DNA of 31,092 nucleotides from Nitrospirota bacterium (GTDB lineage: Bacteria > Nitrospirota > JACRHJ01). The notes beneath the pieces were generated by a model. It was given only the letters and a program-made list of their open reading frames with translations. It had not been told where the DNA came from and did no database searches. Positions 16,175 to 25,555 of this stretch are shown here, piece by piece; position 1 is the first letter of the stretch, and every line of letters starts with the position of its first letter. A program made the position numbers and the translations under genes. The stretch is from contig DASXVI010000122.1 in the NCBI GenBank assembly GCA_036504315.1, positions 1 to 31,092 on the forward strand, written 5' to 3'.

Positions 16175-19100
16175 ATGAAAAAGCTCAGCCTATTCTTAGC
16201 AGCTTTGCTGGCGGTATCCGCAGCGGCTATGCCGGCCTTGGCCGAATCGTCCAACGAGATCATGAAGACTGCGGTACAGCTCTACCAGAACGCGGATTAC
16301 GACCTTGCCGCCGACCAGTTCGCAAAGTTCCTTGAGCAGTTCCCGAACGACGCCCAGGCGTCCGACGCGCTGTACGGCCTGTCTGAGGCGCAGTTCGCCA
16401 AGGGCTCGGTCAAGGAAGCGCTCGCGTCTTTCGACAGCCTGCTGGCAAAATTCCCGGACTCGCCCAAGATACCGGAAGCGAAGCTGAGGAGGGCCGACTG
16501 CCTGTACATGCTAAAGGACTACCAGAAAGCCGCCGAGGCATACCAGGGCTTTATCAGCGGATACCCCGACAGCGCGCTCCGCTCCGACGCATATTTCATG
16601 ATGGGCCACTGCTATGTCCGGCTGGTAAACTTCCCGAAGGCCGCCGACGCGTTCAACCAGGTCGCGGCGAAGTTCCCGGACAGCCCGAAGGCCGGAGAGG
16701 CCGCGTTCCTTGCGGGCGAGGCATATTCCCAGGACGGCCAGTTTGACAAGGCGCGCAACTCGTACCAGACAGCGGTTTCCCGCGGGGGAGAAAAATTCGC
16801 AGAGAGGGCGGAGTTTCGCCTCGCCGACGCGGCATTCATGGGCGGACGCTACGAAGAGGCGAAGAACACGCTCAGTTCCTTCCTCCAGAACCACCCCGGC
16901 TCGCCGGACGCTCCTCTTGCAAGGATGGAGCTTGGCGACGTATATATCAAGTCGGGCGACTTTGAGAACGCCATCATCAGCTATGACCTGTTCGTGAGCA
17001 AGTACCCGACGAGCGAGCTGATGCCGGAAGTCGAGTTCAGGGTCGCGGAGGCCTATTACCAGAAGCAGGAATATAAGAAGGCCGTCGAGAAGTATCTTGG
17101 GCTGCTCAACAAATACCCGGACTCCGGCGCACGCGACAAGTACCTCTACGGCCTCGGCTGGTCTTATTACAAGTTAGAGGACTACTCGTCCGCGACCGAC
17201 GCGTTTACCAGGCTTGTGGACATGAGCCCGGACTCCGAGCTTGTCACCGGCTCGCACATGAAGTTGGGCGAGATAAACACGCGCAACAAGAAGTACTCCG
17301 AGGCCGCCGCCTCGTTCAAGCAGGCAATCGCCAGGTCAAAGGACCCGAAGGATTTAAAGACCGCCCGCTACGGGCTTGCCTGGGCATTCTACCAGGCGAA
17401 GATGTTCAAGGAGGCTATCGATCCGCTGCAGGAACTCATCGCCATGAGCCCCGATGAGTCCGAGCTTATCGAGGCCAAATACCTCCTTTCCCGCGCGAAG
17501 CTCTTTGTAGGCGACTTTTTACCCGCTATCAACGGTTTTACCGAGATTGCCGACAAATACAAGGACAACCCGCTCGCTCAGGAGTCCCTGATGGGACTTG
17601 CCGAATCTTATGAGAGAAGGGGCGACGAGCTTTACAAGGCCATCAACGCCTACAAGCGGCTTCTGACCGAATACCCCGACACAAAGCGCAAGGCTGAGGC
17701 GCTCTTCAGCATCGGCAGGAATTATCTCGAGCACGAAAATTACCCGCAGGCGGTCGAGGGTTTCAGGGAACTGTTAAACCGTGTGCCCGATTCCGAATAC
17801 CACGAGCGAGCGTACTTCGGCATCGCCGAGGCGTATTACGGCTCGAAGGATTACGACAAAGCAAAGGAGAATTACGACGCCTATCTTGTCAAGTTTCCGC
17901 AGGGCGCCCTTAAGGACCAGGCGGTCTACGGGCTCGCGTGGTCGCAGATGGGCATGAAGGACTACCAGGACGCCTACACAAACTTCGGCAGGGTGCTTGC
18001 CGGGAATGCTGCCGGCTCTCTCTCGGCGGACTCGATGTTAGAGCAGGGCGAGGCGCTTTATAACCTTGAGAAATACGCAGACGCAGCGAAGGCTTATTCG
18101 GATGTCATTGCAAAGTACCCGACGGCCGAGCCTGCCAAGAAGGCCCATTATGTCCTCGGCTGGGCGCTCCTGAAGCAGGGGAAGAACACCGAGGCGGCCA
18201 CGGAATTCCGTACTTTCTCCGAGGCCAACCCGAAAGACCCGCTCTCGCTCGAAGCCGACTTCCAGAGGGCGCTTGTGCTTGCGCAGGCAGGCCAGTCGGA
18301 ACAGTCAGCCGAGCTTCTGTCAAAGGTGTCCGAGAAAGGCGCCGGAAAGGATGTCGGCACGAGGGCGAAGCTTGAGCTGGCCAAAGTTCTGACCTCCAAA
18401 GGCGACGCGATGAAGGCGCAGGCGCTTCTGGACGAGCTGAAAAAAGGCGGCTCAGGCGGAGTCTCGCAGGAGGCGTCCTTCCAGATAGGCGTGGTGAAGT
18501 TCAACGAGGGCAACTGGGCCGAGGCGAAGAAGGCGTTCGGTGAATACATTGCCGCGGGCGCGGACGGCGAATACGCGGCGCGCGCGCACTATTTCCTCGG
18601 GTTGTCCCTGCTCAACCTCAAAGACCTCGACGGCGGTTCGTCCGAACTTAAGAAGGTGGTCGATTCAGGCCAGCAGGAGCTGCGTCCCGACGCCACTTTC
18701 TGGCTTGCGGACACCGGCTACAACCTCGGCAAGTACCAGGAGGCCCTGGAACTTTATGAAAGCTTTACCTCCCAGTACGGCGCGCACAGGCTGATGCCTG
18801 AGGCCGAATACGGCCGCGCATGGGCGCTGGAGAAGCTCAACCGTACCGATGACGCCAAGGCCGCCTTCAAGGCCATTGCGGTAAAATATCCCGACGGTGC
18901 GCACGCCGCGGACGCATGGTACAAGGTGGGCGAGTACGCTTTCAAGGACAAACGGTATGCGGATGTCGAAACCGCGTTCCAGAGCTTCCTGAAACTCCAG
19001 CCCGAGAGCAAGCTGAAGGCCGACGCGTATTATCAGATGGCCGTTGCGCAGGACGCCCTTGGCAAGTCCGAACCGGCAGCAACTTCGTTCAGGGCTGTAG

Positions 19101-19588
19101 TATCCGCCGGAGGCCCGCTGAAGGCCCCTGCGGCCCTCAAGGCAGGCAAGCTCGAAGAAAAGCTCGGCAGGACCGACAGCGCGGTCGCGCTCTATGATAC
19201 CGCGGCGGCCGACAACGACTACGCGTCCGAGGCGCTGGTGGGCAAGGGCAGGACGCTGATTGCGGCGAAGAGATATCCCGATGCGTCCGCCGCGTTGGAC
19301 AAGGCCCCTGATTACCCGGCGGATGCCGTCGTCCGCGCAGAGGGCTACTGCCTCGCCGGCGATGCGGCCCAGGCCGCAGGGCAGTACAAAGACGCGGTCA
19401 TACGGTATACTAAGGCTACGGTCCTTGGCGACAGCCCGTCAAAGCCCATGGCTATGGTTGGGATTGCGAGGAGCTACGCCGCACTCGGGGACAAGGACAA
19501 GGCCGCAAGCGCTTATAAAAAATTTATTGAGGCCTTCCCGACAAACGAGTTGACGGGGGCCGCTCAGGCGGAGCTTGGAAAGTTATAG
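16175..19588 (+). CDS. secreted giant TPR-repeat protein (YbgF/CpoB-type repeats)
   Basis: The start is probably the ATG at 16175, where the signal peptide MKKLSLFLAALLAVSAAAMPALA begins. The track ORF extends upstream in frame from 16073. About 1137 aa carry 25 or more reiterations of the unit (K/E)YPDSxxxxxAxYxLGxxY with alternating A/Y/L periodicity. This is typical of Tol-Pal YbgF-type TPR repeats. Confidence 0.7.
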   Translation: MKKLSLFLAALLAVSAAAMPALAESSNEIMKTAVQLYQNADYDLAADQFAKFLEQFPNDAQASDALYGLSEAQFAKGSVKEALASFDSLLAKFPDSPKIPEAKLRRADCLYMLKDYQKAAEAYQGFISGYPDSALRSDAYFMMGHCYVRLVNFPKAADAFNQVAAKFPDSPKAGEAAFLAGEAYSQDGQFDKARNSYQTAVSRGGEKFAERAEFRLADAAFMGGRYEEAKNTLSSFLQNHPGSPDAPLARMELGDVYIKSGDFENAIISYDLFVSKYPTSELMPEVEFRVAEAYYQKQEYKKAVEKYLGLLNKYPDSGARDKYLYGLGWSYYKLEDYSSATDAFTRLVDMSPDSELVTGSHMKLGEINTRNKKYSEAAASFKQAIARSKDPKDLKTARYGLAWAFYQAKMFKEAIDPLQELIAMSPDESELIEAKYLLSRAKLFVGDFLPAINGFTEIADKYKDNPLAQESLMGLAESYERRGDELYKAINAYKRLLTEYPDTKRKAEALFSIGRNYLEHENYPQAVEGFRELLNRVPDSEYHERAYFGIAEAYYGSKDYDKAKENYDAYLVKFPQGALKDQAVYGLAWSQMGMKDYQDAYTNFGRVLAGNAAGSLSADSMLEQGEALYNLEKYADAAKAYSDVIAKYPTAEPAKKAHYVLGWALLKQGKNTEAATEFRTFSEANPKDPLSLEADFQRALVLAQAGQSEQSAELLSKVSEKGAGKDVGTRAKLELAKVLTSKGDAMKAQALLDELKKGGSGGVSQEASFQIGVVKFNEGNWAEAKKAFGEYIAAGADGEYAARAHYFLGLSLLNLKDLDGGSSELKKVVDSGQQELRPDATFWLADTGYNLGKYQEALELYESFTSQYGAHRLMPEAEYGRAWALEKLNRTDDAKAAFKAIAVKYPDGAHAADAWYKVGEYAFKDKRYADVETAFQSFLKLQPESKLKADAYYQMAVAQDALGKSEPAATSFRAVVSAGGPLKAPAALKAGKLEEKLGRTDSAVALYDTAAADNDYASEALVGKGRTLIAAKRYPDASAALDKAPDYPADAVVRAEGYCLAGDAAQAAGQYKDAVIRYTKATVLGDSPSKPMAMVGIARSYAALGDKDKAASAYKKFIEAFPTNELTGAAQAELGKL

Positions 19589-19630
19589 GACAGGTTGTAC
19601 AAGGGAGAGTAACGGGGCGGGCAGAGCGGT

Positions 19631-20629
19631 ATGAAAGGAGAAAGCTTTATGAGGTGGCTGACGGTCGGTATGATAATCGTCTTGTCCGTGTGCGGCCAGT
19701 CGTTTGCCGAGACGGAGGGGTTGCCCAGGCCGGGGATGAGGCAGGCGGCAATCACGGAGTCCCTGAAGGACCAGGACCCCGTTGTAAGACAGACCGCGGC
19801 AAGGACGCTTGGTGAAGCTCACGAGAAATCCGCTGTCCCGGCGCTGTCGGAGGCTGCGGCAAAAGACCCGGACGAGACTGTGCGGCTTACCGCTATAGGT
19901 GCGCTGTCGGTAATAGGCGACAGGTCCGCAATGCCGGCCTATGTCAAGGCCCTGAAGGACGAAGCCGAGAAGGTGCGCCAGAGCGCCGCCGAGGCGTTGT
20001 CGGGCATGTGGGACGAGTCCGCGCACCAGGCGCTTATAGAGGCCCTGAGGACGGATATATCGCCCAAGGTAAGGCGCTCGGCCGCACAGGCCCTCGGAAA
20101 CCCCGGTATAATGGGACGCTACCAGGCGCACCACTGGGAACAGGACAAGCCGGACAGCGAAGGCTCGCTGATGGACGCGCTCAAAAAAGACGAGAGCCCG
20201 GAGGTAAGGGCGATGTCCGCGTCCATGCTGGCCAATTTCAAGACGGGCCGCTCGCTCGACCCGCTGATAGACGCACTTGCCGACAAGAACGCATCGGTGC
20301 GCGCGTCGGCCGCGGAGGCGCTCGGCGTCCTTGACAAGCCGCGCTCTGTCGAGAAGCTGCTCGATGTGCTCTATTTTGAGAAGGACGACTATGTGGTGCT
20401 CAATGCGCTCAAGTCGCTCAAATACGCAGTAGACCCTCGCCTTGCGGGCGCAGCTATCGGCGCGCTCCGTTCGTCGAGCCAGAGAGTCAGGTGGCAGGCG
20501 ATAGATGTCCTTGAAACGCTCAGGACGCAGGATGCCGTCGAGCCGCTGAAGTCGCTTTCCGAAGACAAGTACGAGTCCGACGGCATCAAGAACAAGGCCC
20601 GCGAGGCGCTCCAGCTTCTCGGGCAGTAA
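19631..20629 (+). CDS. secreted HEAT-repeat (PBS-lyase type) protein
   Basis: It has an N-terminal signal peptide (MRWLTVGMIIVLSVCGQSFA). An alternative start is ATG 19649. Repeats of the form DxxVRxxAAxALGxxxxxxAVpaLxxAL number 6 or more. These are the PBS-lyase HEAT-like signature. Confidence 0.6.
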   Translation: MKGESFMRWLTVGMIIVLSVCGQSFAETEGLPRPGMRQAAITESLKDQDPVVRQTAARTLGEAHEKSAVPALSEAAAKDPDETVRLTAIGALSVIGDRSAMPAYVKALKDEAEKVRQSAAEALSGMWDESAHQALIEALRTDISPKVRRSAAQALGNPGIMGRYQAHHWEQDKPDSEGSLMDALKKDESPEVRAMSASMLANFKTGRSLDPLIDALADKNASVRASAAEALGVLDKPRSVEKLLDVLYFEKDDYVVLNALKSLKYAVDPRLAGAAIGALRSSSQRVRWQAIDVLETLRTQDAVEPLKSLSEDKYESDGIKNKAREALQLLGQ

Positions 20630-20640
20630 GGATAAAAAAG

Positions 20641-21783
20641 ATGGCCGCAGGCAACCCCGTCTCAGTAGAAAAACTAAAGGGAATATTTTCCGCCAACCTC
20701 GGCTCCCGGCCGGGAGAGAGGACGCTCGTGTTCACCGACACGGTGCGGCCCGACGAGGTAATAGGCGAGGTGGACAGGGGCCGGCGCGAAGGCCTTGTCC
20801 TGGTTGCCCGGGCCGCGGCCCAGGCCGCAAGAGAGCTCGGGCTGGATGTCGTGTACCACGAATACGAGGCATTGACAACCCACGGCTCGGAGCCGCGCGA
20901 GGAGCTTTGGAGGCTCGCCTTCGGCGATGCCGCGGTGGACGAGTTTAAGGCTTCGGGCGTGCTGGACAGGATAATAGCGAAAACGGCGACGGACGACGAT
21001 AAAAAAAATGCGGCGGATATAACGGCAAGGCACGCCGCCGGGGCTGTTCGCGCGGTCGTCGCGCTCCCGAACAACTCGACGAGCCATACCCGGTTTCGGG
21101 ACCTGCTCACTTCGGCGTCGGGCGTCAGGTACGCCAGCATGCCGATGTTCGAGGCTGATATGCTGGACGGCTCGATGTGCGTGGACTGGTCTGAGGTAGA
21201 GGCCCGCTCGAAGAAGATTGCCGCGGCGATCGAGGGCGCGGACGCGGCCCGGGTCACGACGGCGCTCGGCACGGACATTACCTTCAGCATCGCGGGCAGG
21301 CCGCCGCAGTTGGACACGGGCAACCTCAGGCAGCCGGGCTCGTTCAGCAACCTTCCGGCGGGCGAGGTATACCTTGCTCCGGTCGAGGGCACAGGCAACG
21401 GCGTGCTGGTGCTTCAGTGGGCCCCTAGCAGGAAGCTTGTCTCTCTTGTACGGGTGACCGTCAAGGACGGGATGGCGGCAGAGGTCGAAGGCGACGAGCC
21501 GTTCGCGGCGGAGTTCACCGCAAGCCTCGACAGGGCACCGATGAACCGCAACCTGGCCGAGCTGGGCATAGGCACGAACGACCGGGCTTCGAAGCCCGAC
21601 AATGTGCTCGAGTCCGAGAAGATACTCGGGACCATACACCTCGCCTTCGGAGACAACACATCTATGGGAGGCAAGGTCAGCACTCCGTTCCACCAGGATT
21701 TCGTATTCTTCGGGCCGACCCTCGCGGTAAGGAAATCCGGCCGGTGGACCAACGTAATAGAAAATGGCGGGCAGGTTGTCTGA
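20641..21783 (+). CDS. aminopeptidase, M29 (AmpS/PepS aminopeptidase T-like) family
   Basis: 380 aa. It has the motifs NLPAGEVYLAPVEG, AELGIGTN and GTIHLAFGDN, then HQDFVFFGP. These give the E/E/H/H/D metal-ligand arrangement characteristic of M29 thermophilic metalloproteases. Confidence 0.55.
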   Translation: MAAGNPVSVEKLKGIFSANLGSRPGERTLVFTDTVRPDEVIGEVDRGRREGLVLVARAAAQAARELGLDVVYHEYEALTTHGSEPREELWRLAFGDAAVDEFKASGVLDRIIAKTATDDDKKNAADITARHAAGAVRAVVALPNNSTSHTRFRDLLTSASGVRYASMPMFEADMLDGSMCVDWSEVEARSKKIAAAIEGADAARVTTALGTDITFSIAGRPPQLDTGNLRQPGSFSNLPAGEVYLAPVEGTGNGVLVLQWAPSRKLVSLVRVTVKDGMAAEVEGDEPFAAEFTASLDRAPMNRNLAELGIGTNDRASKPDNVLESEKILGTIHLAFGDNTSMGGKVSTPFHQDFVFFGPTLAVRKSGRWTNVIENGGQVV

Positions 21784-21788
21784 GGCTG

Positions 21789-24488
21789 ATGAACTTTAAT
21801 AAAAAACGGCCCATCACCATACTTAATTTCGAAGTGTTCCCGCTCGCGGTCCTGGTAGGGGTGTTCCTGCTCTCAGCGTTTGCTCTCTTTTATCATTATT
21901 ACGCGACCAGGCAGCAGCTCAAGAACGATTTTTCCCAGGCACGGGTTCTGACCGCCCGTTATACGGCGCGGGGGATTTCGGAGTATCTCAGCCGGGAACA
22001 GGCCGAGGTATTGAGTATTGCCGGCAACCTGAGGCTGTACGGCCTGTCAAAGGGGGAACAGGCGCTCGAGACAGCCTACAAATCCCACCATCGCTCACAG
22101 AAACTCCACTCGTTTTTTGTAATGGACGCCAAGGGCAGGTTCCTGTTCTCCTATCCCGAGACGCTTATCGACCGCTATATGCAGGACCTCTCCGCCGAGC
22201 CTTATTTTACAGAGGCAAAAGCCGGCAGGTTATCCTTCTCTCCCGCAATTGAAGACAACAAGGGTGGCTGGAGCGTATACCTTTCGGCCCCGGTAGTTTC
22301 GGGGGACGGGACGCTTTCGGCAGTCGTCTCGGAGAAGATAGATGTCCGCTCCATCGAGCAGGAGTTCATAGCCGACCTGGATGCAGGCCCGCAGACGCAT
22401 GCCTTCCTCGTAGACGAGAACGGCCGGACGCTGGCCAACCAGACAAGCGAAAGCCTGTATCAGATAAAGGCTTCCGGCGCAATGCTTAAAGAAATGCTCA
22501 GAGGGAAAGAAGGCGTTTTCGAGACGGATGCAACAGACGGGGACGGTAAAGAAATGACATTTATCTCCCCGATGATGTTCGGGGGGCGGCCATGGTCTGT
22601 AGGACTGGTCAGCAGTATGGACGAGGTTTACAGCGAAGCGGCTGAAAACCTGCAGCGGACAATAGTGATAATATCGCTGATGACGCTTGCCTTCGCGTGG
22701 AGCCTGGTATCGGTCGCAAGGTCCAGCCGTTTCAAGGCGATGGTAAACGAGCGCACCCGTTATTCCGAGCAACTTTTAATGCGCAATAAAGAGCTTGCTA
22801 CGCTCAATGAGCTTGCGCGGGTTTTCGGCGGCAGCGCCAGCCTGGACAAAATGCTCGAACAGGCGGTACAGGTAATAAAGGACGGTTTTGGAGCGAAGGG
22901 TGTCGCCGTGCGGCTTGCGTCACCTCCGCAAGGGGACCTTGTGTTGAAGGCGCATACCGGCATCCCTGAAGCCCTGGCAGGCCGGCAGGTATGCACCGAG
23001 GTCCGCCGCTGTGTCTGCGGCAAGGTCATGCAGGGCGGCGAGGCAGTATTTTATAACAAAAAGGAGCTTGACGCGCTCCCTGACATGCCTTGCGGCGGGA
23101 AATGGGAGCATAATCTGGCGAGGATACCCTTGCAGGCGAAAAATAAGGCGCTGGGCGTCCTGTATATAACCGGGCTGGGGGAATACGAGTTCGCGGGCGA
23201 TAGGGACAAGTTTATTCTGGCCATCGGCAACCAGCTTGCGGGCGGGCTTGAGAACTTCCTCCAGATGGAAGATACCAAGAGGCATGCAGCCAGGGCCTCT
23301 GCGTTGTTCCACACGGCCCAGGCCCTGACAAAGAGCCTGGATTTGGACGAACTGCTGCGTATCATCATGAAAGAAGCTGCCGCCCTTCTGAAGGTAAGGC
23401 GCTGCCTGCTTTTCCTATACAGCGAAGAGCAGAACAGGGTCGATTGCAGGGTTGCCCTCGGGTTTGAAAATTTCAGTTCCGAGAGCCTCAGCTTCAGCCC
23501 GTCGGGAATATTCTGGGAGGCGATGGGAGAAGGCACGGTCAAGGTGGTGGACCTCGGGCAGCGCACCCATAACCTCCCGAATAAGTTCCGCGAGATGGTG
23601 GACCTTTATAACTTTATCCTTGTGCCCCTTACCTCGAAAGGTAAGGTGCTCGGGTTCCTGGTGCTGGAGGCCGGGAAGAACCAGGCCGCCATAGACGACC
23701 TGAAACTCGTCATGGGGTTTGCCAACCAGGCTGCGGTGGCTATCGAGACTTCGTCGTTTTATATAAGGACTGTCGAAAAATACAATGTCGACCTCCAGCA
23801 GCTCTCCAACAGGATACTCGAGGCGCAGGAGGAGGAGAGAAAGAGGATTTCCAGGGACCTGCACGATGAACTGGGACAGGTACTCACCGCGATAAAGATT
23901 AACCTCGATATGCTGAGGTCTGAGCTTCCGCAGGACGCGGAGCAGCCGAGGACGAGGGTCAGGGACACCGTCGAGATGGCGGTATCCGCGCTCGACAGCG
24001 TCCGCAGGCTTTCGTTTGAACTGCGGCCCTCGATGCTCGACGACCTGGGGCTCAGCACCGTAATCAGCAAACTTGTCTCGGACTTCAGGAAGCGGTCCGG
24101 CATAAATGTCGAGTATTCCGAAGAGGGTATAGACGAAAGGCTCGACCCGCAGTTTGAGGTAGGGCTTTACAGGGTGGTCCAGGAGGCTTTCACTAATATC
24201 CTTAAACACGCAGAGGCGAAGAACGTGTTTGTAACCCTTGTCAAAGTCCCGGAACAAGGTATAGTGAACTTGAAAATCGAGGACGACGGCAAGGGGTTCG
24301 ATATGGCGGACCCCGATGGGACTAGCCCAAAAGGGTTCGGCCTGCTCGGGATAAGGGAAAGGGTTGTGCTGATGGGCGGCAATTTCAGGATTATTTCGAG
24401 AAAAGGGGCTGGGACGAAGCTTTTAGTCGATATACCGATGGCGAAAGGAGAACGAGATGGGGGAGATGTTGAAAATACTGCTGGTTGA
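21789..24488 (+). CDS. sensor histidine kinase: TM, Cache-like periplasmic domain, TM, two GAF domains, HisKA_3 and HATPase_c
   Basis: The start is probably the ATG at 21789. The track start at 21744 overlaps the previous gene. TM helices flank a ~270-aa periplasmic domain. Two GAF-like segments lie at ~residues 330-500 and 520-680. The H-box RKRISRDLHDELGQVLTAIKINLDM is of HisKA_3 (NarX/DegS) type. The ATP-binding N, G1 and G2 boxes are present (EAFTNILKHA, DDGKGF, GFGLLGIRER). Confidence 0.8.
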   Translation: MNFNKKRPITILNFEVFPLAVLVGVFLLSAFALFYHYYATRQQLKNDFSQARVLTARYTARGISEYLSREQAEVLSIAGNLRLYGLSKGEQALETAYKSHHRSQKLHSFFVMDAKGRFLFSYPETLIDRYMQDLSAEPYFTEAKAGRLSFSPAIEDNKGGWSVYLSAPVVSGDGTLSAVVSEKIDVRSIEQEFIADLDAGPQTHAFLVDENGRTLANQTSESLYQIKASGAMLKEMLRGKEGVFETDATDGDGKEMTFISPMMFGGRPWSVGLVSSMDEVYSEAAENLQRTIVIISLMTLAFAWSLVSVARSSRFKAMVNERTRYSEQLLMRNKELATLNELARVFGGSASLDKMLEQAVQVIKDGFGAKGVAVRLASPPQGDLVLKAHTGIPEALAGRQVCTEVRRCVCGKVMQGGEAVFYNKKELDALPDMPCGGKWEHNLARIPLQAKNKALGVLYITGLGEYEFAGDRDKFILAIGNQLAGGLENFLQMEDTKRHAARASALFHTAQALTKSLDLDELLRIIMKEAAALLKVRRCLLFLYSEEQNRVDCRVALGFENFSSESLSFSPSGIFWEAMGEGTVKVVDLGQRTHNLPNKFREMVDLYNFILVPLTSKGKVLGFLVLEAGKNQAAIDDLKLVMGFANQAAVAIETSSFYIRTVEKYNVDLQQLSNRILEAQEEERKRISRDLHDELGQVLTAIKINLDMLRSELPQDAEQPRTRVRDTVEMAVSALDSVRRLSFELRPSMLDDLGLSTVISKLVSDFRKRSGINVEYSEEGIDERLDPQFEVGLYRVVQEAFTNILKHAEAKNVFVTLVKVPEQGIVNLKIEDDGKGFDMADPDGTSPKGFGLLGIRERVVLMGGNFRIISRKGAGTKLLVDIPMAKGERDGGDVENTAG

Positions 24489-25116
24489 CGACCATACTAT
24501 CGTAAGGCAGGGGCTCCGTGCGCTGCTTGAGTCCCAGGAAGGCTTCCAGGTCGTCGGAGAGGCAGACAACGGCAGGGATGCCGTCAAGAAGGCCCAGGAA
24601 CTCCAGCCGGATGTTGTAATAATGGATATCGCCATGCCGATTTTGAACGGCCTCGAAGCGACCCGCCAGATAAAGAAAATAATGCCGGAGGTCAAGATTG
24701 TGGCGCTCACCATGTATAACGACGAGGAGTATGTTTTTCAGATACTCAAGTCAGGCGCATCCGGGTATCTGATAAAGGAGACGGCCGCAAACGAACTGAT
24801 AACCGCGATCAACTCGGTCAAAGGCGGCAACCCTTTCTTTTCGCCGCTTATCTCAAGGAAAATAATGGAGAGCTATCTCCGTGAAGACAGTGAAAAGAAG
24901 GCAGAAGGGGATAAGCTCACGAACCGCGAGAAGGAAGTGCTCCAGCTTATCGCGGAGGGCTATACTAACAATGAGATAGGCAATTTAATGGGTATCAGCG
25001 TCAAAACGGTGGAGACCCACAGGGCGCATATAATGAGCAAGCTCGACATACATGATATGGCTGGACTGATAAAGTATGCGATAAAAAAGGGACTTGTCAT
25101 ACTCGATAACAAATAG
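24457..25116 (+). CDS. response regulator, NarL/LuxR family (REC + HTH_LuxR)
   Basis: 219 aa. The receiver has LLVDDH and D(54)-like MDIAMP, then ALTMY and GYLIKE. The C-terminal LuxR HTH is LTNREKEVLQLIAEGYTNNEIGNLMGISVKTVETHR. It overlaps the kinase 3' end by 32 nt, suggesting coupling. Confidence 0.85.
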   Translation: MGEMLKILLVDDHTIVRQGLRALLESQEGFQVVGEADNGRDAVKKAQELQPDVVIMDIAMPILNGLEATRQIKKIMPEVKIVALTMYNDEEYVFQILKSGASGYLIKETAANELITAINSVKGGNPFFSPLISRKIMESYLREDSEKKAEGDKLTNREKEVLQLIAEGYTNNEIGNLMGISVKTVETHRAHIMSKLDIHDMAGLIKYAIKKGLVILDNK

Positions 25117-25210
25117 ACCCGTCCCGGAAAGCGTGATTGAGCATCGGTGAGCGCATATGCTCATGGGCGCAGGCCCTCAATTGCGCAAAAACAATCTTCC
25201 GCGAATAAAA

Positions 25211-25246
25211 ACAGCCCCCAAGCGCTTTTTGGGGGCTGTTTTTTGT
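25211..25246 (+). terminator. rho-independent terminator after the two-component operon
   Basis: The stem acagcccccaa/ttgggggctgt is 11 bp with a gcgcttt loop. A tttttt run follows. Confidence 0.7.
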
Positions 25247-25555
25247 TTCTGTATCCATTATTTTTTAAAAAATCGCAACGGCCAATCTAAAAGTTATCCC
25301 ATCAATTAATAAAGATTTAGACCATGCCCTATTAGCCTGCCGACATCAAAATTTCACGCCAATAATTCCTAAGTAAGACCAAAGGTACGGTTGTTGCACT
25401 TATAAGTCATTGTATTATAAGGGAAATCCCTTACATGGCAGTAAGGTCTTTATTAGGAATATATACATTAACCACCTGATGCGAATGAAATGGCTTATTC
25501 TTTTAAACATTTGAATTTTATAAGTTTAACACTTAGGAGAAAAGGCGGTGCGGAT

